This document shows positions 53,302-63,100 of a stretch of DNA of 64,000 nucleotides, one piece after another. The stretch covers positions 4,201 through 68,200 of the forward strand of contig JAZRLS010000017.1 of assembly GCA_045646945.1 (NCBI GenBank). Reading direction: 5' to 3'. Made by a program: the position numbers and the translations under genes. Each line of letters opens with the position of its first letter. Positions within the stretch are counted from its first letter, which is position 1. Below the pieces are notes generated by a model. That model did no database searches. It saw only the letters and a list, made by a program, of their open reading frames with translations, and was not told where the DNA came from. Source of the DNA: Eubacteriales bacterium. Its GTDB lineage: Bacteria > Bacillota > Clostridia > Oscillospirales > CAG-272.

Positions 53302-55062
53302 TCATTTTCCCTGCCGCATCTCGGCAATCTTTTCCCCATTCGGTGTAACGTATGCCGTCCAGTTGGTATGATAAATCACAAAGCCGGGTTTTGCGCCCGC
53401 AGGCTTTTTGACGTGCTTGGCAAGAAGGTAGTCGACCGCGATCTTCTCGCCCTCTGCCTTTGAGTAATATGCCGCAATCTCGGCGGCGGTGGTATAGTCA
53501 AGGTCGGTCGGCTCGCGTCCCTCGGTCACAAGCAGCACGTGCGAGCCGGGCACGCCCTTGGCGTGAAACCACAGGTCGTGCTTTTCTGCCAAACGGTGCG
53601 TGATATACTCGTTTTGCACGTTGTTCTTTCCGCAGAGCACGCGCATTCCGTCGGGCGTTTTGAACTGCATCACGACAGGCTTATGCGCCTTGGGAACGGC
53701 GTAGGATTTCATTCTCGACGCATAGCCCGAACGGTAGAGCTCGTCACGAATTTCCGCAAGGTCGCTCGGACTCTCGGCGCGGCTGAGTGCTTCAAACACG
53801 GTATAGAGATAGGAAAGCTCCTCCTCCCCGAGTGAGATCTGCTTGGCAAGCTCGATCTTTGCGGTTTTTGCCTTGTTGTACTTTTTATAGTATCGCTGTG
53901 CGTTCTGCGAGGGCGAAAGACGGGTGTCCATCTCGACCTCAACCTTGCCAAAGCTTCCGTCCTCTCGGTAGTCCTCGTAATCCTCAAACACCGCGCGGGC
54001 ATCTCCGCGTGACAGTCGGTAGAGATTCGCTGTGATGAGATCCCCGTACTTTTTATAGACGGTTCCCTGCTCGCAATCGAGAAGCTCGGCGCGTTGCAGC
54101 TCCAGCTTTCGGTGGATTCTCGCCTCGGCGTTCGTGAGAAGCTTGAGAATATCCGACGCTCTCTGACGAACGCGCACCTCGCGGTCACGAGTCTCAAAAT
54201 AGAGGTCAAAGAGCTTTCCGACGCTCTCAAACGAACGGCTCTCCATCGTTCCGTACTGCGTCAGCGGCAGAAAGGAATATTCGACAGGTGCTTCTCCGTC
54301 GAGCACCAGACACGGCTCGAACGCTTCGTTTCGTACGCGATCGTACACGACGGAAAATTCCCGCCAGATCTCGTCGGCAAAGCAGTATTTCAGAGGAGTA
54401 TCGGTATGTCCCGTTGCACGGTAGACGATCTCACGCGCCACCACGGGAGCAACGCCCGAAAACGCCGACACGAGCCAACGGTCGCACCCTCTCTCCGCAG
54501 GAGCGGACGAAAGAAGCTCCGAAAAGCGTTCTCCGTCCACCGTCAGCGGATTTTCCTTGTCCTGCGCGGGCGGGAGCTCGTAGGTCATTCCCGGGAGCAG
54601 TTGACGCATACTGTCCATCGAAAAATCGGTAGTGCGAAGTGCCGTAATGATCTTCTTGTCTCCGTCGGCAAAAATCAGATTGGAATACTTGCCCATCAGC
54701 TCGGCAATCAGATAACGGCGGCACTCAAAGCCCATTTCGTCTCTCGTATCAAAGCCGAGAAATGCCACACGGTCAAAGGAGGCTTGCGAGACTTCGGACA
54801 GCTTTGCACCCTGCAAATATTTGCGCAGAAGCATACAAAACATCGGCGGATTTTGCGGATTTTCTTTTGAGATCTCGGTAAAGCCTATGCGGGGATTTCC
54901 GCTACCCGCGTTGATCAGCAGGCGGCGTCCTCCCTCAAAGCTTCGCATCTGAAGAACGATCTCGTCCCGCTCGGGCTGATATACCTTTTCAATTCTTGCA
55001 CCAAGCGCCGCGCGACGAATCTCGCTCAGCGTACAGGCTAACATTCCTGCATCAAATGCCAT
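53302..55062 (-). CDS. rqcH: RqcH / FbpA (NFACT-family ribosome quality-control protein)
   Basis: MAFDAGMLACTLSEI...IEKVYQPERDEIVLQMR, with a C-terminal WFHAKGVPGSHV motif. Confidence 0.85.
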   Translation of the reverse strand: MAFDAGMLACTLSEIRRAALGARIEKVYQPERDEIVLQMRSFEGGRRLLINAGSGNPRIGFTEISKENPQNPPMFCMLLRKYLQGAKLSEVSQASFDRVAFLGFDTRDEMGFECRRYLIAELMGKYSNLIFADGDKKIITALRTTDFSMDSMRQLLPGMTYELPPAQDKENPLTVDGERFSELLSSAPAERGCDRWLVSAFSGVAPVVAREIVYRATGHTDTPLKYCFADEIWREFSVVYDRVRNEAFEPCLVLDGEAPVEYSFLPLTQYGTMESRSFESVGKLFDLYFETRDREVRVRQRASDILKLLTNAEARIHRKLELQRAELLDCEQGTVYKKYGDLITANLYRLSRGDARAVFEDYEDYREDGSFGKVEVEMDTRLSPSQNAQRYYKKYNKAKTAKIELAKQISLGEEELSYLYTVFEALSRAESPSDLAEIRDELYRSGYASRMKSYAVPKAHKPVVMQFKTPDGMRVLCGKNNVQNEYITHRLAEKHDLWFHAKGVPGSHVLLVTEGREPTDLDYTTAAEIAAYYSKAEGEKIAVDYLLAKHVKKPAGAKPGFVIYHTNWTAYVTPNGEKIAEMRQGK

Positions 55063-55155
55063 AATTACTCCTAATAGTTAGTTAAGGGTTGGATTTCTCT
55101 TCTTTCTTTCGGGAAAGAAAGAAGCAAAGAAAGCTTTCTCGAAGGAATGGATAAG

Positions 55156-55325
55156 GTCGCCGTATTGTCTGCACAGACTTCGGCTTTCTAAGGTACAAAT
55201 CCATCGGACACTACGTACCGATGGATTTGGGATGCGATTTTATTCAAAAATTCTTGTGTGAAGTTTTTGAGATTCGTAAGAACTTTTTCCAAAAAGTTCT
55301 TACGTGGGGTGCGGGGCAAGCCCCG
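55156..55325 (+). repeat. Multi-hairpin intergenic repeat, copy B
   Basis: Aligns with 40129..40308. First hairpin is at 55197..55228. Confidence 0.8.
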
Positions 55326-55331
55326 TAAACA

Positions 55332-56150
55332 TTAAAACATAATACGGTCGACGTCGTCGAGCGAGCCAAACGCAAAATCGGGCTTATCGGCATCTGCGGC
55401 GGCATCCACGTCCTCGGGTTGTGTTTCACCCGACAGAACGAGCACCGAGGTCACACCGAACTTCTTGCCGAGCGCAATGTCGGTATAAAGGCGGTCACCG
55501 AAAATGCACATTTCGTCATTCTTGAAGCCGGTCGCCTCTCCGATCATCTCAATGGTTTCCTTGTAGGGCTTGCCGAAATAGGTCGGCACCTTGCCCGTCG
55601 AAGCGGTCACGAGTGCGGCAATCGCGCCACTGTCGGGAATAAATCCGTTCTCGGTGGGGCAGTTGAAATCGGGGTGGGTGGAGAGATACTCCGCACCGCC
55701 GCGAATAAAGCGGCATGCCTGATTGAGCTTGTCGTAGGTCAGTGAGGTGTCGAAGCTGGTAATGACGATGTCCGCCTTCTCCTCGTCTCCCTTCAAAAGG
55801 TTGATGCCCTTGGCACGATACTCCTCGCAGAGCTCGTCGGTTGCCACAAGGTACACCGACTTTCCTGCGCGAAAACGCTTGAGGAATTCGAGCGTCACGT
55901 CACCCGAGGTCATAATCTCATCTGCGGCAGGCTCAAAGCCAAGGCGTGCGAGCTTTGCCTGATAGAAGGGCGTGGTGTGCGAGGCATTGTTGGTAAAGAA
56001 AAGCACCTTTTTACCGTTGGCACGAAGATTTTTGATAAAGCGGATGGCAAACGGAAAAGGATTCCCGCCAAGATAGATCGTACCGTCCATATCAAAGATA
56101 AACAGCTTTTTGTCCTTCAAAACATCGGTATTGGGATTCTGAAATTTCAT
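55332..56150 (-). CDS. HAD-IIA family hydrolase (NagD/YutF-like sugar phosphatase)
   Basis: LFIFDMDGTIYLG...FFTNNAS...GDRLYTDI. Confidence 0.85.
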   Translation of the reverse strand: MKFQNPNTDVLKDKKLFIFDMDGTIYLGGNPFPFAIRFIKNLRANGKKVLFFTNNASHTTPFYQAKLARLGFEPAADEIMTSGDVTLEFLKRFRAGKSVYLVATDELCEEYRAKGINLLKGDEEKADIVITSFDTSLTYDKLNQACRFIRGGAEYLSTHPDFNCPTENGFIPDSGAIAALVTASTGKVPTYFGKPYKETIEMIGEATGFKNDEMCIFGDRLYTDIALGKKFGVTSVLVLSGETQPEDVDAAADADKPDFAFGSLDDVDRIMF

Positions 56151-56206
56151 AATCGTCCGTCCTTTTTTGCTTTTTATAAAATTAACGTCACTATTATAAC
56201 ATATCC

Positions 56207-56235
56207 TTGCATTTTTTGCAAGAGTATGCTATAAT
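56207..56235 (+). promoter_or_regulatory. Promoter of coaW
   Basis: TTGCAT, a 17-nt spacer, then TATAAT. Confidence 0.55.
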
Positions 56236-56283
56236 ATAATTAACATTTTGACTTTTGTTTCTCTCAAAGGAGGACTCACCCTG

Positions 56284-57129
56284 ATGAAAACCGTTATTGG
56301 TATCGATATTGGCGGAAGTACGACCAAGATCGTCGGCTTTCGTTCCGACGGACAAACGCAAGAGCTGATCGAGCCGCTGTTCGTCCGCGCCACCGACGCC
56401 GTAACCTCGGTCTACGGCGCATTCGGAAAATTCACCGTACAAAATCATCTGGCTCTTTCGGACATTGACCGTGTCTGGATGACGGGCGTCGGCTCGTCTT
56501 TTATCTCCGAGCCGCTTTACTCGCTCGACTGCCGTAAGGCATCGGAATTTCAATGCGTCGGTCAGGGAGGACTTTATCTTTCGGGCCTTGACGAGGCAAT
56601 TGTCGTCAGTATGGGAACAGGTACGGCGCTGATTCACGCAACCAAACAAGGAAATACGATCCACACCGAATATCTCGGCGGTACGGGCGTGGGTGGCGGC
56701 ACGCTGCTCGGACTTTCGCGTCAGATGCTTGGCGTTGACACCATCGAGCACCTCGAGCAGCTCGCTTCCGAGGGCAATCTTTCCAACATCGATCTTCGCA
56801 TCGGTGACATTTCGGGTGACCACAAATTCCAGCTTGGTGACGAGATCACGGCATCCAATTTCGGAAAGCTCTCGGATATCGCAAACAAAAACGATATCGC
56901 GCTCGGCATTGCCAATATGGTTGCCGAAACAATCGCGATGCTTGCCGTCTTTGCGGCAAGAAACTTCGCTTTGAAGAAGGTCGTGCTGACGGGCAACCTC
57001 ACGGCACTCCCCTCGATCACGAGAGTGTTTGAAGGCTTGGAAACCACCTTCGGCGTCAAATTTCTGATTCCCGACGGTGCACAGTTTGCCACCGTCATTG
57101 GCGCGGCACTTTGCGAACAAACGCTATAA
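56284..57129 (+). CDS. coaW: Type II pantothenate kinase
   Basis: IGIDIGGSTTKIVG, GGTGVGGGTLLGL and DLRIGDI...ITASNFG parallel the S. aureus CoaW sequence as I recall it. Start set to ATG 56284, after GGAGG. Confidence 0.75.
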   Translation: MKTVIGIDIGGSTTKIVGFRSDGQTQELIEPLFVRATDAVTSVYGAFGKFTVQNHLALSDIDRVWMTGVGSSFISEPLYSLDCRKASEFQCVGQGGLYLSGLDEAIVVSMGTGTALIHATKQGNTIHTEYLGGTGVGGGTLLGLSRQMLGVDTIEHLEQLASEGNLSNIDLRIGDISGDHKFQLGDEITASNFGKLSDIANKNDIALGIANMVAETIAMLAVFAARNFALKKVVLTGNLTALPSITRVFEGLETTFGVKFLIPDGAQFATVIGAALCEQTL

Positions 57130-57145
57130 TCTCACACAAAAACAC

Positions 57146-57180
57146 AACTCGGCGGTGATGAAACCCGCCGAGTTTTTTAT
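57146..57180. terminator. Bidirectional terminator (coaW / comEC)
   Basis: AACTCGGCGG pairs with CCGCCGAGTT, followed by TTTT. Confidence 0.8.
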
Positions 57181-57185
57181 GAAAT

Positions 57186-59483
57186 TTACGGAAGCTCGGT
57201 GCGCCACGACCACGCATACGACGTTGGGCTGTAATGGTCTGCCCCCTCCACCCAAAGGAGAGGTGCGCGCCGCTTCGAGCAATCAATCACCCGTGCAATG
57301 CTTCCTCGCTCCGACAATGTCATCGACCGTTCCCCGTCCTTCGAAGCACCGTGCGCGCCGATCAATACCGTTGTACTTCTTGTCAGTTGTTCCGAAAGTG
57401 CCGTCTCTCCCATCTCCGAGAGAAACGCGGAGGTGACGTAGGTCAACCTTTCCCTCGTTCCCACCAGGCTGAGTGCCACCGACAAGTGTTCGTGCGAGCC
57501 AAACGAAATCCCTACCGAGGTGTTCTCGGTCAGCGGCAAGCACCCATTCTCATAAAATACGACCTCACTTCCCGCCGCTCGGGCAGAGTACCAAAGCTCG
57601 CTTGCCACAGCACGTTCTTCATCACCGTGTGGCATCGGAAGATAGAGCGTTCGTACCATTTCTCTCTGCAACAGCAAGTCGAGCGAGGCAAGATGCCTCC
57701 GATGATAATGCGTCAGAAGAACACTCGAGATCTCGGTTGCCGTCGAGGACGAAATTTCGTCAATCAACGTCTGATACAGCCAAGGAGCACCGCCCGAAAG
57801 GTCGCAAATTGCCACCTCATCTCCGTCCGAAACCCAAAGTGCCTCATGATTTCCTTGCGAAGAAACGTATGACACACTCGGCACTCTCTCGCTCACTTGA
57901 ACGGCAAGAAAGCAAACAATAAAGGAAAGAATCAGCGCAAGAGGCGGTAACAGAACAAGCCACTTTCGCCGCAAACGAAGAACGAGCACCGCGATCATCG
58001 CTACCGAAAAGAGCGGGATGAGAAGCAGACAAAATCGGTAGTTCAAGGAAAGCGTTGCCGACGGAATGTTAGAAAAGAAAGAAACCAAGCCGAGAAGAAT
58101 CTCGCTCAGCCAAGACAAAACGATGCCGAACACCGTGCCAATCCACGGAATGGCGGCAACGAGAAGCCAGATCGGAATTCCCACCAAAAAGACGTAGGCA
58201 ATCGGAGAGAGTATCGGATTGGCAAACAGCGATACGGTAGAAATTTCGCCAAAAAATATCCAAAGAATCGGTAACAGAAAGAGGGTTGCGACCGTGGTCA
58301 TCAGAACGAGCATTAAAACGGCGCGCAAGATCCGCAACGCCTGTCGCCAAAGCCACCGTTTGCTCTTCGGCCTTGGAATTTTTTCGGCAATCCACGGGTA
58401 GAGGGTCAAGAGTCCCAACGTAGCAAGGAAGGACATCCAAAGTCCCAGATCCACAATAGCGTAAGGCGAAATCAGGACGATGAGAGCAAAGGAGCAGAAG
58501 AGCGAAGTTATCGAATCTGCCTCCTCCTGAAATAAGAACGTCACGTAAAGCGCGTACAACATCAGTGCCGAACGGCAGGCGGACATCGAAAATCCCGTCA
58601 GAAACAGGAAGAAAAGGCTGACAATGCTCACAAGCACAAGTCTTCCCTTTTTCGGGCAAAGGAGTTTTCTAAGAAGAAAATCAAGCGCGCCGAGCAACAC
58701 CGAAAAATGAAGTCCGCTGACCGCCATCAGATGCGAAGTACCCGAGCGTCCGAAGTCTCGCACGACCGATGCATCAAGTTCCGAACGGTCGCCCACAAAG
58801 AACGCCGCCGCAAGCGAACCGCTCCGTTCACCCAGCGATGCGATCATCCCGTCTCGGAGTGCCGCCCCGCAACGCTCCGAGAGAATCACAATGCCCGAGG
58901 GGGAAGTGATAAGCTCCCAAAAAGAAAGGCTCTCCGAGGTGCGTTGCCGATAGATTGTTTCCTCTTCATCCAACCGAACCGAAAGAAGATATCCCTCGCG
59001 GTCGTTTCCCTCGGGAGAGAGAATTTCTCCTCTTGCCGAGATGCGATCCTTAGGAGGAAGCTCGACGGTAGAATAGCAGGAAAGCGTCGCATCAACCGAG
59101 GTTTCCTCGTCATCGATTTGCAATAGATTGACCGAATATCGGACGTAATCGTCGGCGCGGTATTCCTCCCGCACGATTTCGGCAACAAAAGCGTGCTCCC
59201 CGACAAAGCGTTCCGCACTGCGGTGCGGAAGAAAGACGGTCAGAAGAGACAGTCCGACCGAACACAGTGCCACGGCAATTGAGATCACTGCCCCAAGACA
59301 AAAAATTCGTTGTTTCTTGTGGTTTTTAAAAAAGAAAACACTCCCCACACCAAGCAAGAAAAGAACCGCAAGAATCAAAAAGAAAAGACAAACAAATTCC
59401 ATTGGCATACCGAACACCAAAAGAGAAAGCGCTATGAAAAGAAAGGCAAAAAAGCAAAGCGGCCGTCGATAAAACAATCCCAT
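57186..59483 (-). CDS. comEC: DNA internalisation competence protein ComEC/Rec2 (with C-terminal MBL domain)
   Basis: HLMAVSGLHFSVLLG competence motif, many TM segments, C-terminal LLTHYHRRH. Start set to ATG 59483, after AGGAG. Confidence 0.85.
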   Translation of the reverse strand: MGLFYRRPLCFFAFLFIALSLLVFGMPMEFVCLFFLILAVLFLLGVGSVFFFKNHKKQRIFCLGAVISIAVALCSVGLSLLTVFLPHRSAERFVGEHAFVAEIVREEYRADDYVRYSVNLLQIDDEETSVDATLSCYSTVELPPKDRISARGEILSPEGNDREGYLLSVRLDEEETIYRQRTSESLSFWELITSPSGIVILSERCGAALRDGMIASLGERSGSLAAAFFVGDRSELDASVVRDFGRSGTSHLMAVSGLHFSVLLGALDFLLRKLLCPKKGRLVLVSIVSLFFLFLTGFSMSACRSALMLYALYVTFLFQEEADSITSLFCSFALIVLISPYAIVDLGLWMSFLATLGLLTLYPWIAEKIPRPKSKRWLWRQALRILRAVLMLVLMTTVATLFLLPILWIFFGEISTVSLFANPILSPIAYVFLVGIPIWLLVAAIPWIGTVFGIVLSWLSEILLGLVSFFSNIPSATLSLNYRFCLLLIPLFSVAMIAVLVLRLRRKWLVLLPPLALILSFIVCFLAVQVSERVPSVSYVSSQGNHEALWVSDGDEVAICDLSGGAPWLYQTLIDEISSSTATEISSVLLTHYHRRHLASLDLLLQREMVRTLYLPMPHGDEERAVASELWYSARAAGSEVVFYENGCLPLTENTSVGISFGSHEHLSVALSLVGTRERLTYVTSAFLSEMGETALSEQLTRSTTVLIGAHGASKDGERSMTLSERGSIARVIDCSKRRAPLLWVEGADHYSPTSYAWSWRTELP

Positions 59484-59543
59484 CGTCTGCTCCTTTCTCT
59501 CATAGCGTCTTGTATTTTTCAATTCAATGAAAAAATAATAGAT

Positions 59544-60587
59544 TTAAGAATTAAAAATATTATTCAGAATTTCTTGTCGTTTTTCGTCACATATTCCCTC
59601 TATCAAAAGAAATGCGTCGATCTTTTCGTATGCTTCTTCTGTAGCAACCAGGGAGAGCGACGGAGAGTCGCTCAGAATCCGACCGAAGCGAAGTCCTCCG
59701 ATGGGATAGACCGTAGCAATCTCACGGAGTGCGGGCGCGAGCGGTGCGCCGAGATCCGACGGACGGAGCACGAGCTCGGGAAGAACGCGAATCTGTCCCT
59801 CACTCTGTCGACAAAGCGACAAATAGACACTTGGCGGTGTGTCAAGAAAAAGAGAACATCGGATCTCCCCCTCCATCAGACAATTTCCTTTCAAATATAA
59901 AATCGTTTGCTCACACAGCGAAGCATCGTGCGAAAACAGACGTACCGTGGTAGAAATCTTTTTTTGCTTGAAGAAAAGCAGTGCCTCGATCAAAAGCTGA
60001 AATCCCAACACAAAGCGTTCTTCTTCTTTGATCTTTTCACCACAGAGAATTTTTTGCCAAGCAAGCGATGCGTGATAGCGATCGGGACGCACATAGCGCA
60101 TCTTCGAAAGATCAAGGAAAAGATGAGAGCAAACTCCCAGTGCCGAAAAAAGTCTTTTCGAAAGCCAATCCCAAGAACTTATATCTTTGGCAGAAGCCGT
60201 CGCAGTTTCATTAGCAATATTCGTTATATATTCAAATATATCAAATCCTTGTTTTTCCATCATTTTTTGATATTTCCTTGTAAAATAACACTTTGTTTCT
60301 TCGGTTAGTTTTTCATTTCCCATCTGCCAGAGCTCTTTGGAAGAAGCGCGGAATCCGTCGTTTTTTTTCGCGCAGATTCCCAAAAGTGAGAGCTGCTTTT
60401 CATACAAATATGCACTTTCGCTGCCTGCACAAAGCGGCAAAATCCGTTCCCATTCGGCAAAAAACTCAAAATCCGAGCATTTTTCTTTATTGTATTTTTC
60501 GTCACATCCAAGAAAATGCATCATTTCTTTTTTATCGTCGCTTTTGCAAAAAATTCCGATATTTTCGGTCGTTTTGATCGCCCTCAC
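59544..60587 (-). CDS. Hypothetical protein (weak resemblance to the glucuronate isomerase/UxaC family)
   Basis: 347-aa ORF. Only the C-terminal stretch GGLRFGRILSDSPSLS...EAYEKI resembles the UxaC ...MLTDSRSFLS...HEYFRR segment. The call is tentative. Confidence 0.5.
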   Translation of the reverse strand: MRAIKTTENIGIFCKSDDKKEMMHFLGCDEKYNKEKCSDFEFFAEWERILPLCAGSESAYLYEKQLSLLGICAKKNDGFRASSKELWQMGNEKLTEETKCYFTRKYQKMMEKQGFDIFEYITNIANETATASAKDISSWDWLSKRLFSALGVCSHLFLDLSKMRYVRPDRYHASLAWQKILCGEKIKEEERFVLGFQLLIEALLFFKQKKISTTVRLFSHDASLCEQTILYLKGNCLMEGEIRCSLFLDTPPSVYLSLCRQSEGQIRVLPELVLRPSDLGAPLAPALREIATVYPIGGLRFGRILSDSPSLSLVATEEAYEKIDAFLLIEGICDEKRQEILNNIFNS

Positions 60588-60696
60588 CCTCCCATTCTTC
60601 TGTAATTTTCTTCATTATAGCAGATTTTACCGTCTTTTGCAAGTCCTTTTCTATCTCTCTTTTTTTAGAAAAATCAGAAAAATATTTAATATGATG

Positions 60697-60725
60697 TAGA
60701 CAACCGAGAAAAAATATGGTATAAT
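60697..60725 (+). promoter_or_regulatory. Promoter of the MBL-gltX-glnS cluster
   Basis: TAGACA, a 17-nt spacer, then TGgTATAAT (extended -10). Confidence 0.55.
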
Positions 60726-60758
60726 AAACTGTTGAATTATTGTCTCGGGGAGGCTTTT

Positions 60759-61373
60759 ATGAAAATCATTCCCATTTGCCCCAACGCCTTTGCTTCCAAT
60801 TGCTATCTTCTGGTATCGGATGGCGAAGCACTTGTGGTCGATCCTTCGGTTTCGGTCGACGCAATTCTGCGCGCCGCCAAAGAAGAAGGCGCAACCCTTG
60901 TGGGCATTTTACTGACGCACGGACATTTCGATCACATCCTCTCGCTCGACTTACTCCGAGCCGCTGAGAAAATCCCCGCCGCCATTCACGAGCACGATGC
61001 CGTGATGCTGACCGACGGTAAAAAGAACGCTTTTTACGATTTCTTCGGGCAAGAACGCACCTACAAGGCGGCAGAAAAAACACTTTCCGACGGAGATCTC
61101 ATTCCACTGGGAACGGAACTCATCACCGTGCTCCACACCCCAGGTCACACGGGCGGTTCGGTCTGCTACCTTTGCGACGGCGCGATCATCACGGGAGATA
61201 CCCTCTTTTCGGGCACCTTCGGGCGGTGTGATTTATGGAGCGGCGACGCAGATAAAATGCGAAGCTCCCTCTCCCGTCTACGTTCTCTTGATTCATCTCT
61301 TTTCATTTACCCCGGACACGGCGAATCGGCACGTCTTGGCGACGCGCTCGACGAAGTCGCCTATCTGATCTAA
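60759..61373 (+). CDS. MBL-fold metallo-hydrolase (glyoxalase II-like)
   Basis: LLTHGHFDHI, HTPGHTGGS and GDTLF motifs. Start set to ATG 60759, after GGGGAGG. Confidence 0.85.
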   Translation: MKIIPICPNAFASNCYLLVSDGEALVVDPSVSVDAILRAAKEEGATLVGILLTHGHFDHILSLDLLRAAEKIPAAIHEHDAVMLTDGKKNAFYDFFGQERTYKAAEKTLSDGDLIPLGTELITVLHTPGHTGGSVCYLCDGAIITGDTLFSGTFGRCDLWSGDADKMRSSLSRLRSLDSSLFIYPGHGESARLGDALDEVAYLI

Positions 61374-61397
61374 CACATACCGAAAGGAATTTTAACG

Positions 61398-63086
61398 ATG
61401 GACTATCAAAGACTTGCAGAACTTCTCTTCCCCCACATTACAAAAACTCCCGCCGATATCGAGACAGAGTTTCCGCCCCGCGCACTCCCCGAAGGCGCAA
61501 AGGTAACGCGATTTGCACCGAGCCCCACGGGCTTTGTTCACTTCGGCGGGCTCTTCCCCACGACGGTTGCAGAGCGTCTGGCGCACCAAAGCGGCGGCGT
61601 GCTCTATCTGCGAATCGAGGATACCGACGCAAAGCGCGAGGTCCCCGGTGCGGCAGAGGCACTGATTCGCACGCTGTCGGTCTACGGCGTCAATTTTGAT
61701 GAGGGCGCGATCCTCGGAGAAGACGGCAAAATCTGCGACCGCGGCATTTACGGTCCGTACAAGCAGAGTCTGCGCGGTCCGATCTATCAGACCTTTGCCA
61801 AGCAGCTCGTTCGCGAAGGAAAAGCTTACCCCTGCTTTACGACCGAAGAGGAGCTAGAGGAATTGCATCAGGTCAATAAAAAAGAAGAACTGAAAAACAC
61901 CGACTGGGAGGCACAAGCCGAAGCACGACGTGCCGAGATGCTTCGCCGCCGCGCCATCACGATGGAAGAAGTTGAGGCGCACCTTGCGGCAGGCGATCCT
62001 TTCGTGCTCCGTATTCTTGCAGACGGCACCCCCGATAAGAAGATCCGCTTTACCGACCTTGTCAAGGGCAATATGGAAATTCCCGAAAACGACGAGGATT
62101 TCGTACTTCTCAAATCCGACGGAATTCCCACCTACCACTTTGCGCACGCCGTCGACGATCACCTGATGGGAACCACCCACGTCATCCGCGGAGAGGAATG
62201 GCTCCCGAGCCTTGCGAAGCATCTGCAGCTCTTCCGCTATCTTGGCTTCAAAACACCGAAATATATGCACATCGCGCAGATTATGCGTTTGGACGAGGAA
62301 GGCAACAAAAAGAAGCTCTCCAAGCGCGATATGGGCGCGAATATGGACGACTACACCCGTCTCGGCTACTGTCCAGAGGCTGTGTGCGAATACGTGATGA
62401 CGCTTCTCAATTCGAACTACGAGGAGTGGAGAATGCAGAATCCCGACAAGAGCTACCGCGAATTCCCCTTCAACATCAAGAAAATGTCGGTTTCGGGATG
62501 TCTCTTCGACTTCCAGAAGCTGAATGACGTTTCGAAAAACGTCATCTCCAAGATGGATGCAAAAACCGTCACCGCGCGTGTCACAGCTTGGGCACTTGAA
62601 TTCGACTCTGACTTTGGCAAGTGTCTTGCCAAGGATCCCACCTTTGCCGAGAAAATCTTCTCGATCGGTCGCGGCGGCAAAAAGCCGAGAAAGGATCTTG
62701 CGACCTGGGCGGATGCTAAGCCTTATATGGGATTCTTCTACGATGAATTCTTCGCACCCGAATGCGACTACGCCGAGCAGTACGACCGCGCCGACATCCG
62801 CGCGATCCTCACTGCTTTCTGCGAACAGTACGACGAAAGCGACGATATGAACACCTGGTTTGAAAAGATCAAGGCAATCGGTCAGAATCTCGGCTACACC
62901 CCCGATATGAAGGCATACAAGGCAAATCCCTCGGAATTCCGCGGCAACGTTGCCGACGTCAGTATGTTCCTCCGTCTTGCCGTGACGGGCAAGCTCAACG
63001 CTCCCGATCTGTATAGCGTAATGCAAATTCTCGGAAAACAGAAGGTGCTCGAGCGCATCGAAGCAAAGCTTTCCGAAATGAACTAA
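61398..63086 (+). CDS. gltX: Glutamate--tRNA ligase (long form)
   Basis: RFAPSPTGFVHFGG (HIGH-type), LRIEDTD and KLSKRD (KMSKS-type). Confidence 0.85.
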   Translation: MDYQRLAELLFPHITKTPADIETEFPPRALPEGAKVTRFAPSPTGFVHFGGLFPTTVAERLAHQSGGVLYLRIEDTDAKREVPGAAEALIRTLSVYGVNFDEGAILGEDGKICDRGIYGPYKQSLRGPIYQTFAKQLVREGKAYPCFTTEEELEELHQVNKKEELKNTDWEAQAEARRAEMLRRRAITMEEVEAHLAAGDPFVLRILADGTPDKKIRFTDLVKGNMEIPENDEDFVLLKSDGIPTYHFAHAVDDHLMGTTHVIRGEEWLPSLAKHLQLFRYLGFKTPKYMHIAQIMRLDEEGNKKKLSKRDMGANMDDYTRLGYCPEAVCEYVMTLLNSNYEEWRMQNPDKSYREFPFNIKKMSVSGCLFDFQKLNDVSKNVISKMDAKTVTARVTAWALEFDSDFGKCLAKDPTFAEKIFSIGRGGKKPRKDLATWADAKPYMGFFYDEFFAPECDYAEQYDRADIRAILTAFCEQYDESDDMNTWFEKIKAIGQNLGYTPDMKAYKANPSEFRGNVADVSMFLRLAVTGKLNAPDLYSVMQILGKQKVLERIEAKLSEMN

Positions 63087-63100
63087 AAGAGGTATGAACC

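Noticed and set aside
61374-61397. Expected T-box leader upstream of gltX and glnS.
   Set aside because: The gap between the MBL gene and gltX is 24 nt, and between gltX and glnS it is 14 nt. That is far too short for a T-box riboswitch.
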